From Yuukianura sp. NJ FZ-2021 (lineage: Eukaryota): a stretch of 64,000 nt of DNA. Position numbers and translations under genes: made by a program. The DNA lies in assembly GCA_046563655.1 (NCBI GenBank), contig JAJCTO010000010.1, forward strand, positions 1,054,001-1,118,000, in the 5' to 3' direction. The notes beneath the pieces were generated by a model, which saw only the letters and a program-made list of their open reading frames with translations, was not told the DNA's origin and did not search any database. Below are positions 25,301 to 39,801 of this stretch, in pieces (position 1 is the first letter of the stretch; every line of letters begins with the position of its first letter).

Positions 25301-28300
25301 CGCTCATACCAAAATTCTTGGTATTCATCAAATAACGGTCCACTTCGTCGTAGTGCATAACTGACTAAATCACACGTTGAAAAACATGTTGTCAGCCTCC
25401 ATTCTTGAGCTTAAACTAGAAGTGCCGGTGAAGTGTCAAGCATGCCTTCACTTTAGATGCAAACGATGAGTTCTCATTTTGACACCATGAATCATGACAA
25501 CTCACACTTCAATCGAACTTCAGGGAAAAACCGACTATTACATTTTCTAAATCAAAATTGAACATTCGGCATTTTTGGCCATTTTTCCATGAAATTTTTG
25601 GAAAATACTTTTTTATATTTCCTACCGCCTTGCACATTAATTAGATCATTTCTGAAAACTTCTGCCCAACAATAGTCCGAAATTGTATTTTAGCACAGCT
25701 CCACCATACCACAAGTGCATAAGTCTAACTACGATTTAGGTTTAACTTAGGGTTGAAACTATACAACAAGGTGTCAAACGTTGTGAAAAATGGAATTTAT
25801 GCGTTTTTACCGCTTATACAAAAATTCTTGGTATTCATCAAATAACGGTCCACTTTGTTGTAGTGCATAACTGACTAAATCACACGTTGAAAAACATGTT
25901 GTCAGCCTCCATTCTTGAGCTTAAACTAGAAGTGCCGGTGAAGTGTCAAGCATGCCTTCACTTTAGATGCAAACGATGAGTTCTCATTTTGACACCATGA
26001 ATCATGACAACTCACACTTCAATCGAACTTCAGGGAAAAACCGACTATTACATTTTCTAAATCAAAATTGAACATTCGGCATTTTTGGCCATTTTTCCAT
26101 GAAATTTTTGGAAAATACTTTTTTATATTTCCTACCGCCTTGCACATTAATTAGATCATTTCTGAAAACTTCTGCCCAACAATAGTCCGAAATTGTATTT
26201 TAGCACAGCTCCGCCATACCACAAGTGCATAAGTCTAACTACGATTTAGGTTTAACTTAGGGTTGAAACTATACAACAAGGTGTCAAACGTTGTGAAAAA
26301 TGGAATTTATGCCTTGTTACCGCTCATACCAAAATTCTTGGTATTCATCAAATAACGGTCCACTTCGTCGTAGTGCATAACTGACTAAATCACACGTTGA
26401 AAAACATGTTGTCAGCCTCCATTCTTGAGCTTAAACTAGAAGTGCCGGTGAAGTGTCAAGCATGCCTTCACTTTAGATGCAAACGATGAGTTCTCATTTT
26501 GACACCATGAATCATGACAACTCACACTTCAATCGAACTTCAGGGAAAAACCGACTATTACATTTTCTAAATCAAAATTGAACATTCGGCATTTTTGGCC
26601 ATTTTTCCATGAAATTTTTGGAAAATACTTTTTTATATTTCCTACCGCCTTGCACATTAATTAGATCATTTCTGAAAACTTCTGCCCAACAATAGTCCGA
26701 AATTGTATTTTAGCACAGCTCCACCATACCACAAGTGCATAAGTCTAACTACGATTTAGGTTTAACTTAGGGTTGAAACTATACAACAAGGTGTCAAACG
26801 TTGTGAAAAATGGAATTTATGCCTTGTTACCGCTCATACCAAAATTCTTGGTATTCATCAAATAACGGTCCACTTCGTCGTAGTGCATAACTGACTAAAT
26901 CACACGTTGAAAAACATGTTGTCAGCCTCCATTCTTGAGCTTAAACTAGAAGTGCCGGTGAAGTGTCAAGCATGCCTTCACTTCACATGCAAACCATGAG
27001 TTCTCACTTTGACACCATGAATCATGATAACTCACACGTCGATGGAACTTCAGGGAAAAACCGACTATTACATTTTCTAAATCAAAATTGAACATTCAGC
27101 ATTTTTGGAGATTTCTGAATAGAAATTTTGGAAAATACTTTTTTATATTTCCTACCGACTAGCACATTAAATACATCATGTCTGAAAACTTCTGCCCAAC
27201 AATAGTCTGAAATTGTTATTTAGCAAAGCATCACCATACCACAAGTGCATAAGTCTAACTACGATTTAGGTTTAACTTAGGGTTGAAACTATACAACAAG
27301 GTGTTAAACGTTGTGAAAAATGGAATTTATGCCTTGTTACCGATCATACCAAAATTCTTGGTATTCATCAAATAACGGTCCACTTCGTCGTAGTGCATAA
27401 CTGACTAAATCACACGTTGAAAAACATGTTGTCAGCCTCCATTCTTGAGCTTAAACTAGAAGTGCCGGTGAAGTGTCAAGCATGCCTTCACTTCACATGC
27501 AAACCATGAGTTCTCACTTTGACACCATGAATCATGATAACTCACACGTCGATGGAACTTCAGGGAAAAACCGACTATTACATTTTCTAAATCAAAATTG
27601 AACATTCAGCATTTTTGGCCATTTTTGGATAGAATTTTTGGAAAGTACTTTTTTATATTTCATACCGCCTTGCACATTAAATAGATCATGTCTGAAAACT
27701 TCTGACAAACAAAAGTCCGAAATTGTATTTTAGCACAGCTCCACCATACCACAAGTGCATAAGTCTAACTACGATTTAGGTTAAACTTAGGGTTGAAACT
27801 ATACAACAAGGTGTTAAACGTTGTGAAAAATGGAATTTATGCGTTTTTACCGCTTATACAAAAATTCTTGGTATTCATCAAATAACGGTCCACTTTGTTG
27901 TAGTGCATAACTGACTAAATCACACGTTGAAAAACATGTTGTCAGCCTCCATCCTTGAGCTTAAACTAGAAGTGCCGGTGAAGTGTCAAGCATGCCTTCA
28001 CTTTAGATGCAAACCATGAGTTCTCATATTGACACCATGAATCATGACAACTCACACTTCAATCGAACTTCAGGGAAAAACCGACTATTACATTTTCTAA
28101 ATCAAAATTGAACATTCGGCATTTTTGGCCATTTTTCCATGAAATTTTTGGAAAATACTTTTTTATATTTCCTACCGACTAGCACATTAAATACATCATG
28201 TCTGAAAACTTCTGCCCAACAATAGTCTGAAATTGTTATTTAGCAAAGCATCACCATACCACAAGTGCATAAGTCTAACTACGATTTAGGTTTAACTTAG

Positions 28301-31207
28301 GGTTGAAACTATGCAACAAGGTGTTAAACGTTGTGAAAAATGGAATTTATGCGTTTTTACCGCTTATACAAAAATTCTTGGTATTCATCAAATAACGGTC
28401 CACTTTGTTGTAGTGCATAACTGACTAAATCACACGTTGAAAAACATGTTGTCAGCCTCCATTCTTGAGCTTAAACTAGAAGTGCCGGTGAAGTGTCAAG
28501 CATGACTTCACTTTAGATGCAAACGATGAGTTCTCATTTTGACACCATGAATCATGACAACTCACACTTCAATCGAACTTCAGGGAAAAACCGACTATTA
28601 CATTTTCTAAATCAAAATTGAACATTCGGCATTTTTGGCCATTTTTCCATGAAATTTTTGGAAAATACTTTTTTATATTTCCTACCGCCTTGCACATTAA
28701 TTAGATCATTTCTGAAAACTTCTGCCCAACAATAGTCCGAAATTGTATTTTAGCACAGCTCCACCATACCACAAGTGCATAAGTCTAACTACGATTTAGG
28801 TTTAACTTAGGGTTGAAACTATACAACAAGGTGTCAAACGTTGTGAAAAATGGAATTTATGCCTTGTTACCGCTCATACCAAAATTCTTGGTATTCATCA
28901 AATAACGGTCCACTTCGTCGTAGTGCATAACTGACTAAATCACACGTTGAAAAACATGTTGTCAGCCTCCATTCTTTAGCTTAAACTAGAAGTGCCGGTG
29001 AAGTGTCAAGCATGCCTTCACTTTAGATGCAAACGATGAGTTCTCATTTTGACACCATGAATCATGACAACTCACACTTCAATCGAACTTCAGGGAAAAA
29101 CCGACTATTACATTTTCTAAATCAAAATTGAACATTCGGCATTTTTGGCCATTTTTCCATGAAATTTTTGGAAAATACTTTTTTATATTTCCTACCGCCT
29201 TGCACATTAATTAGATCATTTCTGAAAACTTCTGCCCAACAATAGTCCGAAATTGTATTTTAGCACAGCTCCACCATACCACAAGTGCATAAGTCTAACT
29301 ACGATTTAGGTTTAACTTAGGGTTGAAACTATACAACAAGGTGTCAAACGTTGTGAAAAATGGAATTTATGCCTTGTTACCGCTCATACCAAAATTCTTG
29401 GTATTCATCAAATAACGGTCCACTTCGTCGTAGTGCATAACTGACTAAATCACACGTTGAAAAACATGTTGTCAGCCTCCATTCTTGAGCTTAAACTAGA
29501 AGTGCCGGTGAAGTGTCAAGCATGCCTTCACTTCACATGCAAACCATGAGTTCTCACTTTGACACCATGAATCATGATAACTCACACGTCGATGGAACTT
29601 CAGGGAAAAACCGACTATTACATTTTCTAAATCAAAATTGAACATTCAGCATTTTTGGAGATTTCTGAATAGAAATTTTGGAAAATACTTTTTTATATTT
29701 CCTACCGACTAGCACATTAAATACATCATGTCTGAAAACTTCTGCCCAACAATAGTCTGAAATTGTTATTTAGCAAAGCATCACCATACCACAAGTGCAT
29801 AAGTCTAACTACGATTTAGGTTTAACTTAGGGTTGAAACTATACAACAAGGTGTTAAACGTTGTGAAAAATGGAATTTATGCCTTGTTACCGCTCATACC
29901 AAAATTCTTGGTATTCATCAAATAACGGTCCACTTCGTCGTAGTGCATAACTGACTAAATCACACGTTGAAAAACATGTTGTCAGCCTCCATCCTTGAGC
30001 TTAAACTAGAAGTGCCGGTGAAGTGTCAAGCATGCCTTCACTTCAGATGCAAACCATGAGTTCTCACTTTGACACCATGAATCATGGTAACTCACACGTC
30101 GATGGAACTTCAGGGAAAAACCGACTATTACATTTTCTAAATCAAAATTGAACATTCAGCATTTTTGGCCATTTTTGGATAAAATTTTTCAAAAATACTT
30201 TTTTATATTTCCTACCGCCTTGCACATTAAATAGATCATGTCTGAAAACTTCTGCCCAACAATAGTCCGAAATTGTATTTTAGCACAGCTCCACCATACC
30301 ACATGTGCATAAGTCTAACTACGATTTAGGTTAAACTTAGGGTTGAAACTATACAACAAGGTGTTAAACGCTCTGAAAAATGGAATTTATGTCTTGTTAC
30401 CGCTCATACCAAAATTCTTGGTATGTACCAAATAACGGTCCACTTCGTCGTAGTGCATAACTGACTAAATCACACGTTGAAAAACATGTTGTCAGCCTCC
30501 ATTCTTGAGCTTAAACTAGAAGTGCCGGTGAAGTGTCAAGCATGCCTTCACTTTAGATCAAACCATGAGTTCTCATATTGACACCATGAATCATGACAAC
30601 TCACACTTCAATCGAACTTCAGGGAAAAACCGACTATTACATTTTCTAAATCAAAATTGAACATTCGGCATTTTTGGCCATTTTTGGATGAAATTGTTGG
30701 AAAATACTTTTTTATATTTCCTACCGCCTTGCACATTAATTAGATCATGTCTGAAAACTTCTGCCCAACAATAGTCCGAAATTGTATTTTAGCACAGCTC
30801 CACCATACCACAAGTGCATAAGTCTAACTACGATTTAGGTTTTACTTAGGGTTGAAACTATACAACAAGGTGTCAAACGTTGTGAAAAATGGAATTTATG
30901 CCTTGTTACCGCTCATACCAAAATTCTTGGTATTCATCAAATAACGGTCCACTTCGTCGTAGTGCATAACTGACTAAATCACACGTTGAAAAACATGTTG
31001 TCAGCCTCCATCCTTGAGCTTAAACTAGAAGTGCCGGTGAAGTGTCAAGCATGCCTTCACTTTAGATGCAAACGATGAGTTCTAATTTTGACACCATGAA
31101 TCATGACAACTCACACTTCAATCGAACTTCAGGGAAAAACCGACTATTACATTTTCTAAATCAAAATTGAACATTCAGCATTTTTGGCCATTTTTGGATG
31201 AAATTTA
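22380..31207. repeat. Satellite A continued (~17 monomers of 510 bp, local 1020-bp dimer pattern)
   Basis: Same monomer as 1-3689. Variants (ttgttg/tcgtcg; ggagatttctgaat/ggccatttttccat) alternate with a 1020-bp period at ~22.8-25.3 kb. Confidence 0.97.
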
Positions 31208-31212
31208 ACCAC

Positions 31213-33736
31213 GTACAACGTATTTTACCACAGAGAAACCCCGCTGCTACAAGTGGCAAGTCTGACTGATATCCAAATTTATAGTAGCCACCATAGCCTC
31301 CATGAGAAGGAGCAAACAGGTATTTTGAAAGCAATCTTGTACTAGAGAACGGTGTGATCAACAAAATGTGTAGTCTACGCATTTTCGAAAATTTGTTGAA
31401 TTAGAAACGGGGTGATGAACTGCTCGGCACTCTATTCTGTTATCGTCGAAGGAAGATTATCGGTACAACGTATTTTACCACAGAGAAATCCCCGCTGCTA
31501 CAAGTGGCAGGTCTGACTGACATACAAACTTATAGTAGACACAATTACCTCCATGAGAAGGAGCAAACAGATATTTTGAAAGCAATCTTGTACAAGAGAA
31601 CGGTGTGATCAACAAAATGTGTAATTTCTACTCATTTTCGAAAATTTGTTGATTTAGTTGCGGGGTTATGAACTGCTTGGCACTCTTTTTTGTTATCGTC
31701 GAAGGAAGATTATCGGTACAACGTATTTTACCGCAGAGAAATCCCCGCTGCTACAAGTGGCAGGTCTGACTGATATCCAAATTTATAGTAGCCACCATAG
31801 ATTCCATGAGAAGGAGCAAACAGATATTTTGAAAGCATTCTTGTACAAGAGAACGGTGTGATCAACAAAATGTGTAATTTCTACTCATTTTCGAAAATTT
31901 GTTGATTTAGTTCCGGGGTTATGAACTGCTTGGCACTCTTTTCTGTTATCGTCGAAGGAAGATTATCGGTACAACGTATTTTACCGCAGAGAAATCCCCG
32001 CTGCTACAAGTGGTAGGTCTGACTGATATCCAAATTTATAGTAGCCACCATAGATTCCATGAGAAGGAGCAAACAGATATTTTGAAAGCATTCTTGTACA
32101 AGAGAACGGTGTGATCAACAAAATGTGTAATGTCTACTCATTTTCCAAAATTTGTTGAATTAGAAACGGGGTTATGAACTGCTCGGCACTCTTTTCTGTT
32201 ATCGTCGAGGGAAGATTATCGGTACAACGTATTTTACCACAGAGAAATCCCCGCTGCTACAAGTGGCAGCTCTGACTGACATACAAATTTATAGTAGCCA
32301 CCATAGCCTCCATGAGAAGGAGCAAACAGGTATTTTGAAAGCAATCTTGTACTAGAGAACGGTGTGATCAACAAAATGTGTAATGTCTACTCATTTTCGA
32401 AAATTTGTTGAATTAGAAACGGGGTGATGAACTGCTCGGCACTCTTTTCTGTTATCGTCGAAGGAAGATTATCGGTACAACGTATTTTACCACAGAGAAA
32501 CCCCGCTGCTACAAGTATCAAGTCTGACTGATATCCAAATTTATAGTAGCCACCATAGCCTCCATGAGAAGGAGCAAACAGATATTTTGAAAGCAATCTT
32601 GTACTAGAGAACGGTGTGATCAACAAAATGTGTAATTTCTACTCATTTTCGAAAATTTGTTGATTTAGTTGCGGGGTTATGAACTGCTTGGCACTCTTTT
32701 TTGTTATCGTCGAAGGAAGATTATCGGTACAACGTATTTTACCGCAGAGAAATCCCCGCTGCTACAAGTTGCAGGTCTGACTGATATCCAAACTTATAGT
32801 AGCCACCATAGCCTCCATGAGAAGGAGCAAACAGATATTTTGAAAGCAATCTTGTACTAGAGAACGGTGTGATCAACAAAATGTGTAATGTCTACTCATT
32901 TTCGAAAATTTGTTGAATTAGAAACGGGGTGATGAACTGCTCGGCACTCTTTTCTGTTATCGTCGAAGGAAGATTATCGGTACAACGTATTTTACCACAG
33001 AGAAACCCCGCTGCTACAAGTATCAAGTCTGACTGATATCCAAATTTATAGTAGCCACCATAGCCTCCATGAGAAGGAGCAAACAGATATTTTGAAAGCA
33101 ATCTTGTACTAGAGAACGGTGTGATCAACAAAATGTGTAATTTCTACTCATTTCCGAAAATTTGTTGAATTAGAAACGGGGTGATGAACTGCTCGGCACT
33201 CTGTTCTGTTATCGTCGAAGGAAGATTATCGGTACAACGTATTTTACCACATAGAAATCCCCGCTGCTACAAGTGGCAGCTCTGACTGACATACAAAGTT
33301 AAAGTAGCCACAATAGCCTCCATGAGAAGGAGCAAACAGATATTTTGAAAGCATTCTTGTACAAGAGAACGGTGTGATCAACAAAATGTGTAATTTCTAC
33401 TCATTTTCGAAAATTTGTTGAATTACAAGCGGGGTTATGAACTGCTCGGCACTCTTTTCTGTTATCGTCGAAGGAAGATTATCGGTACAACGTATTTTAC
33501 CACAGAGAAATCCCCGCTGCTACAAGTGGCAGGTCTGACTGACATACAAACTTATAGTAGCCACAATAGCCTCAATGAGAAGGAGCAAACAGATATTTTG
33601 AAAGCAATCTTGTACAAGAGAACGGTGTGATCAACAAAATGTGTAATGTCTACTCATTTTCGAAAATTTGTTGAATTAGAAACGGGGTGATGAACTGCTC
33701 GGCACTCTTTTCTGTAATCGTCGTAGGAAAATTATC
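31213..33736. repeat. Satellite B, ~253-bp monomers (~10 copies)
   Basis: gtacaacgtattttaccacagagaaatccccgctgctacaag recurs every ~253 bp. Confidence 0.96.
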
Positions 33737-35350
33737 AGTAGTAACCATCGCATGACTACTACTACAAAACAAACCTGACCTACCGTACAAAAAAGGTAAA
33801 CATGACCCACTTGCACTTTCAGAGTGCATGAGAAAATGATGAACTCATTCCTTCTCCCAGTTGAAGCTACTACTACAAAACAAACTTGACCTTTAGGTGA
33901 AATATGTAAACATGACCCACTTGCACTTTCAGAGTCATGAGAAAATGATGATCTCATTCCTTCTCCCAGTTGGTTAGGTTAGGTTAGGTTTGCAGCCCCT
34001 CGGCACCGGAACAAAACGGAATCGATACGATTTTTATGGTTTTATTTAATTATAATAAACATAATAATTAATAACTGTTCATTGGAACATAATAATTATG
34101 TTCACCAGAACCGTACCGTTTCGTCGAAATGAAACGGTATGGTGATACATGAACAACTTAATTGGTGTAATTAAAAATCACATTGGTTAATTTATTTATT
34201 TACAAAAACCGTACCGTTTCCTCGAAATGAAACGGTACGGTGAGACCCAAACGGAAAAGTTACGGAAATTAATTTGTTTGGGTTTCACCGTACCGTTTCA
34301 TTTCGAGGAAACGGTACGGTTTTTGTAAATAAATAAATTAACCAATGTTATTTTTAATTACACCAATTAAGTTCTTCATGTATCACCATACCGTTTCATT
34401 TCGACGAAACGGTTCTGGTGAACATAATTATTATGTTCCAATGAACAGTTATTATGTTTATTATAATTAAAATAAAACCATAAAAATCGTATCGATTCCG
34501 TTTTGTTCCGGTGTCGAGGGGCTGCAAACCTGACGAAAAGCTATTTTTTGTGACAAAACGGCTCAGTGCCTCTCTCTCTGCTAAGAGAAGGGGCAAGCAG
34601 TTGTTACACAAAGTAAGCAGCAGATAGAAGTCTCAAGGATGTTGCATATAATTCGAACTCTAGTGACAGCCGTGGTTTAGCCCGTGGAACTGAGATGGGA
34701 CCTTTCCATCACAGTTTCACTGGCTAAACCATGGTTTTTGGGAGGTGTGGTTTTTGAGAAAGTGAGATGCATCCCCACTCCTCATTCCCACTATGATGTG
34801 TCTTTACACAAAAAGCAGTTCTTATAAAGTCTAACAAGTCATAATTTAAAAACAAAAACAAGTTGACGCACGAATAAAAAACAATAGAACGCAGGGATTT
34901 AAATCCCAATGAGAACGCAGGAAAAAAATCCACTGTGGACACGCTGGAGAAAATCCAAAGAGAAACGCAGGATTTTAATCCACTGTGGACACGCTGGAAA
35001 AAAAACCCAAGGAAACGGTAAGGGAACCCCCTTTTTAGTAAAAGTTGCACGATCAGTCCCCCAGGGGGGGGGGCTCCCCCTCTCTCACTCTTTTTGATTT
35101 TAGTATTTTTCCCAATGTAAAAAAAGAGGAGAAGAAGAATGCTGCTTTTTTTTAAACCTTTTCCAATTTGTTTTTGAGGAGTGGGGGAGGATGCATCTCA
35201 CTTTCTCAAAAACCTCCGATTTGTGTCGGGGATTTTTTTGGAAGGATTTTTTTTCTCATACAGTCTAAAGCGAATGTGGTTTGGAACTTGCAACTCAAAC
35301 ATTTGAGTGAAGCAGGGTAACATTTTGAAGAAAATCCACTGCTCAGTTGC
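33737..35350 (+). repeat. Left TIR of the Polinton (~1.6 kb)
   Basis: Reverse complement of ~49877-51461 with two indels; identical spurious ORFs appear on opposite strands. Confidence 0.93.
33986..34531. repeat. ~545-bp near-perfect palindrome inside the left TIR, preceded by (GGTTA)3
   Basis: aggtttgcagcccctcggcaccgg...ccggtgtcgaggggctgcaaacct, centre near 34258. Confidence 0.9.
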
Positions 35351-35382
35351 CTTTAACCAGTACACATGCAGGGAGGAGAAAA

Positions 35383-38300
35383 ATGTCTGGTTTCAGTTCT
35401 AGTAGATTTTACTCTTGTGACAGATGCCAATTGCAAAATTTAGGTGCACAACAATTCTTACATCACGTCCAAACAACCCATCTGGACATTGAAATACCTG
35501 GTAAGCTTAAAACAATTGATACAGTAATACGCATTGTTTTTAAAATTCTTGTTACAATAGGTGAATTGTTAGAAGACATTCAAACTGAGCATTATGATAC
35601 GTCGGGAGCATTCGCTGGAAGACAGTACGGATGCGAAACATGTAACTTGAGGGGGCTTTCTGAACGAGATTTTATAAGTCACATTCAACAACTGCATCCA
35701 AGTATTCAATTACCAGGTAATCGCAAATTAATAATTCGAGAGCAGAGCATGTTTTGATTGTTGTTGGTTATTTTTAGGTCTCATTGCTGGTACAAGTAGT
35801 TCACGGTCGGCATCTGTACCCCTTCAGCACCAACCGACGGAAGGTTAGAATGTCATGATGATGATGAAATTTTTTTCTAAAAATAATCTTGTCTTTTAAT
35901 TTAGAGCGAGATGCTGTTGCGTTGGAATTGAGGAATTACAAGAGACGATTTTGTGCTCAGTGTGGAATAAATTTTGAGTATCCTGGGCAGTTGGATGAGC
36001 ACCAGTACAATACTCACCCAGAATTGTATCCATCTGTTCAAAACCAACAGGGTGGAAGTGCTCCAGAGAATGAAGTACATTTCGATGAATTGACTGCTTT
36101 TGGCGGCACCACTCGCGAGTATACCGCAACGTTTGATGAAGATGTGTTTGTGGATGTGGCTGGTGTCTTTGCTCACTGTTCAGCAACTTTGCGGGAATTG
36201 ATGAGAAGGATTCATGGTGAAATCGGGTCGTATTTGGTGAGCAGTGTTGCACTAGTTGAAATGACAAGACAAGTTCATGGAAGTAACACTGAACAACAAG
36301 TTGAGGATTTTCCATTCCGTTCATTTACGCACATCACCTTAGAACCCAGAATGATTCAAAATACCCTTCGGCTTATGTCAAACAAAATTGGAGATACAAT
36401 AGCCGCATTCTTGAGGAAGGGCTCTGGGTGGCGTGTTAGTCGATTCAAATGGATTACATTCAAATTTTCAGTGTACCGAATGCAGCGTGGAGATGGCTGG
36501 ATTGCCACGCCTGCTCATATGACCAGGAAGGGATGTGTTGTGAACATTAGAAATTCTGACGACCAGTGCTTCAAGTATGCCATCTTAGCTGAATTATATC
36601 CATTGTACAAGAATGGATCAGCGAACTGGTATCATGTCACCAACCCAAGAAGCTACGACAATTTTCCCCACACAGTAGACTTTGACTGCATCCAGTTTCC
36701 TATGGTTGTGGAGCAAATGGACAAGTTCTTACACTTTAATTCTGGACTATCAGTGAATGTGTATGGTTATGAAGCAGTCGACGAACTAGATCCAAAGTAC
36801 GCAAAACAGAAAATGAAAGTGTTTCCGTTGTATGTTTGTCGTGAAAAAAGACAAAAGCACATTGATCTGTTGCTGCTAATTGAAGGATGCAACTCGCATT
36901 TTGTTCTGCTGAAACAAACGGAGGACAATCCTTCGTTTGGTTTATCTCGTCTGTTGGGAAGATATGAGCGTTGCAATGAAAAGTACATTTGCAACTTTTG
37001 TCTTCATTTTTGGAAGTCCAAGGCAACACTTGAAAGACATCAACTTTTCTGTTCCGCAGTCGAACCCCAGGGTATATGCTTTCCACCAGAATTCAAGTAC
37101 ACATTCAAGCACATTCGCCACACACAACCTGTGTCTTTTGTCATTGTTTGTGACTTTGAGTGCATTTTACGACAAGAAAGTGGAACAATGCGAATAGGAA
37201 ATGTGCTGAATGAACACGTTGACTGTGGCTACAGTTTTGTTATTTTAGGCCCAACCGGGAGGATGTGCGAGGAACCATTGACCTTTTGTGGTCGAAACGC
37301 TGCTCAGCATTTACTCGAAGATTTGGTGAACATTACTGAACCATATTTTGTAAAATTGAAACAAGATGTTGGACGTGACCCATCATACACTGAAATCGAT
37401 TTTTATAATATGAGGGCGGCAGCCACAAACTGCATCCACTGTGGTGCTGGGTTTCAAAATGTGAGAGACACAGTAATTGACCATTGTCACCTCACGGGAC
37501 GTATACGAGGAGTGAGTTGCAATAATTGCAACTTACAACTTCAAGTCACCAAAAAAATTCCCATCGTTTTTCACAATTTTCGTAACTATGACTCTCACTT
37601 TATAGTTCAAGCGTTGAAAAGCAACTTGTTCAAACATGTTTTACCCCTACCTACGTCAGAAGAAAAGTTCACATCAATGGAGTGTACAACTCATGCCGGA
37701 ATTGCGCTCAAGTTTATAGACTCTTATCAGTTTATCAGTTCCAGCTTGGCAGACTTGGTGGAAATGATGGCGAAAAAGGATGTGAATAAGTTCCAAGTGA
37801 CCAAAAGTGCATTTCGTCATCATCCAGGAGCAATGTCTTTTCTGCTTCAGAATGGGGTCTACCCATACGAGAACATGGACAGTTTTGAAAAGATGGATGA
37901 GACTGGACTGCCAGACAAGGAAGCATTCTACAGTGAACTGAGGGGGGAAGGAATTACCGAGGAAGATTACGAAAGAGCACTGAAGGTGTGGGAAGAGTTT
38001 GGATGTAGAACCTTGAGAGACTATCACAACCTTTATGTGAAGTTGGACGTTTGCTTGTTGGCAGATTGTTTCCAGGATTTGAGAGATACTATGATTACAA
38101 ATTTCCGCCTAGACCCCGCTCATTACGTGACCCTTCCAGGAATTGCATACGATGCTGCAATGTTGATTGGAAGAGTCGATTATGACTACTTGAAAGTGGA
38201 TGACATGTACATGTGGTGTGAGAGGGGAATTCGTGGTGGAAATTGTGCTGTGGGGCTTCGATATGCAAAAGCAAACAATCCTTACATGGGAGCTCAATAC

Positions 38301-39710
38301 GACCCGTCGAAACCACTAAGCTACTTGTGCTTGTTGGACGCCAATCTTCTCTACAGCACATGTTTGAGATGCTTTGTTCCTTGGAAGAATTTCCGCTGGG
38401 ATCCGAGCTTTGAAGCACGAACCGCAGATTTGGAGAGTGCAGTTGCAAGAATTTTGAGGATGGGAGATGAGGAGAGAGAAGGGCTCATTTTGGAAGTTGA
38501 CTTGGACTATCCAGATGAACTGCATGATCAGCACAATGACTATCCACTGGCAGTAGAACGAGGAATGATTGAATATGAAAACTTGTCCCTATATACAAAA
38601 AACATGATGGAAAATTTGGGTGTTAGGCCGACCTCAGTCAACAAATCCAAACTGATGGGAACCTTTTACCCAAAAAAAAATTACATTATCCACTACAGAC
38701 TGCTCAAGTCGTTTTTGCAGTTGGGACTCAAGTTGACAAAAATCCACCGAGGTCTTCGTTTCACACAAGCACCACTTATGCGCCCCTACATTGAAATGTG
38801 CATCCAGAGAAGGAGAAGTGCTACGAATCCGGTTGATGTGAAATTTTGGAAAGCGATGGGTAACATTGTGTTTGGGAAACTGTTGCAAAATGTTCGAAAG
38901 CACAAAAGAATCAACATTGCGCTGACTCGTCAGAAAGTTTTCGAGTATGGAAAAAAACCAACTGTAAAGCGTTTCAAAATTTTACACGAAGAGTGTGTCT
39001 TGTTTATGATGAAAAAGCTTTCAGTATGTTTAAATAAGCACATAAGTGCTGGACTTACAGTTTTGGATGACAGCAAACGAATCATGTACGATTTCTACTA
39101 CAATGTCATGCAGAAAAAGTATGGCGAAAACATGAGACTGGTTATGACGGAGACGGACAGTCTCCTGTTGCACATCAAGACTCCAGATCTCTACCAAGAC
39201 TTTTACCAAATGACCCAAGATCCAGACTGCCGACTCGACACTTCCAACTATGATCCCAAGCATCCAACCCTCGGACACTTGTCTTCCCAGCAACATCAAG
39301 GAAAGTGCGGCTACTTCAAGGACGAATTTGCCAACTCAATTGTGACTGATGTGGTTGCACTCAAGCCAAAACTGTACTGCGTCCGCTCTCTGAACCAGAA
39401 CAGCATCGTTTCGGACCGAAAAAAGGCCAAGGGGACAGTGAGAGCAGCGGTGAAGAATCAACTCCGTTTTGAAGACTATCTTCGTGTTTTGGACGAGTCA
39501 TCTGCACTAAGCGTAAAAATGACCACAATTCGAAGCATGGACCACCGAGTGTACACTACGACCGTATGCAAGCAGAGCCTTTCCGCCTTGGAGGACAAGT
39601 CTGGCTACTACATTTCTCCAATTGAGTCTCTCCGATTTGGTCACTACCAAATACCAATGTACCAACAACAAGAAGAACAACAACAGGAACAAATGCAACA
39701 ACAAGTTTAA
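35383..39710 (+). CDS. Protein-primed family B DNA polymerase with a spliced N-terminal C2H2 zinc-finger region
   Basis: Exons 35383-35500, 35561-35716, 35778-35843, 35905-39710 (three phase-1 introns). ExoI CDFE; ExoII FHNF; endonuclease VII-like DHCHLTG..RG..CNNCN; motif A LDAN.LY; motif B K..GN..FGK; motif C variant TETDS. Confidence 0.93.
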
Positions 39711-39801
39711 GTCCTAATATAAGCCAATTTAATAAAGATTTAAATTTTAGTTTGAATTTGACTGTTTGACCAATAGTAAGTGATTAAAAGTTGAAGTAAA
39801 G

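Noticed and set aside
31161..33630. Short ORFs in the satellites (also 1623-1874, 22323-22505, 51369-51825, 58851-59051)
   Set aside because: Chance frames in tandem monomers, broken by stops in neighbouring copies.
33971..33990. TTAGG repeats as a true telomere
   Set aside because: Only three units, internal to the Polinton TIRs.
34396..35097. ORFs within the Polinton TIRs (mirrored at 49907-50802)
   Set aside because: Non-ATG or low-complexity frames duplicated only because of the inverted repeat.
35896..39704. Antisense and alternate-frame ORFs overlapping pPolB, the capsid genes and gag-pol
   Set aside because: Shadow ORFs with no recognisable motifs.
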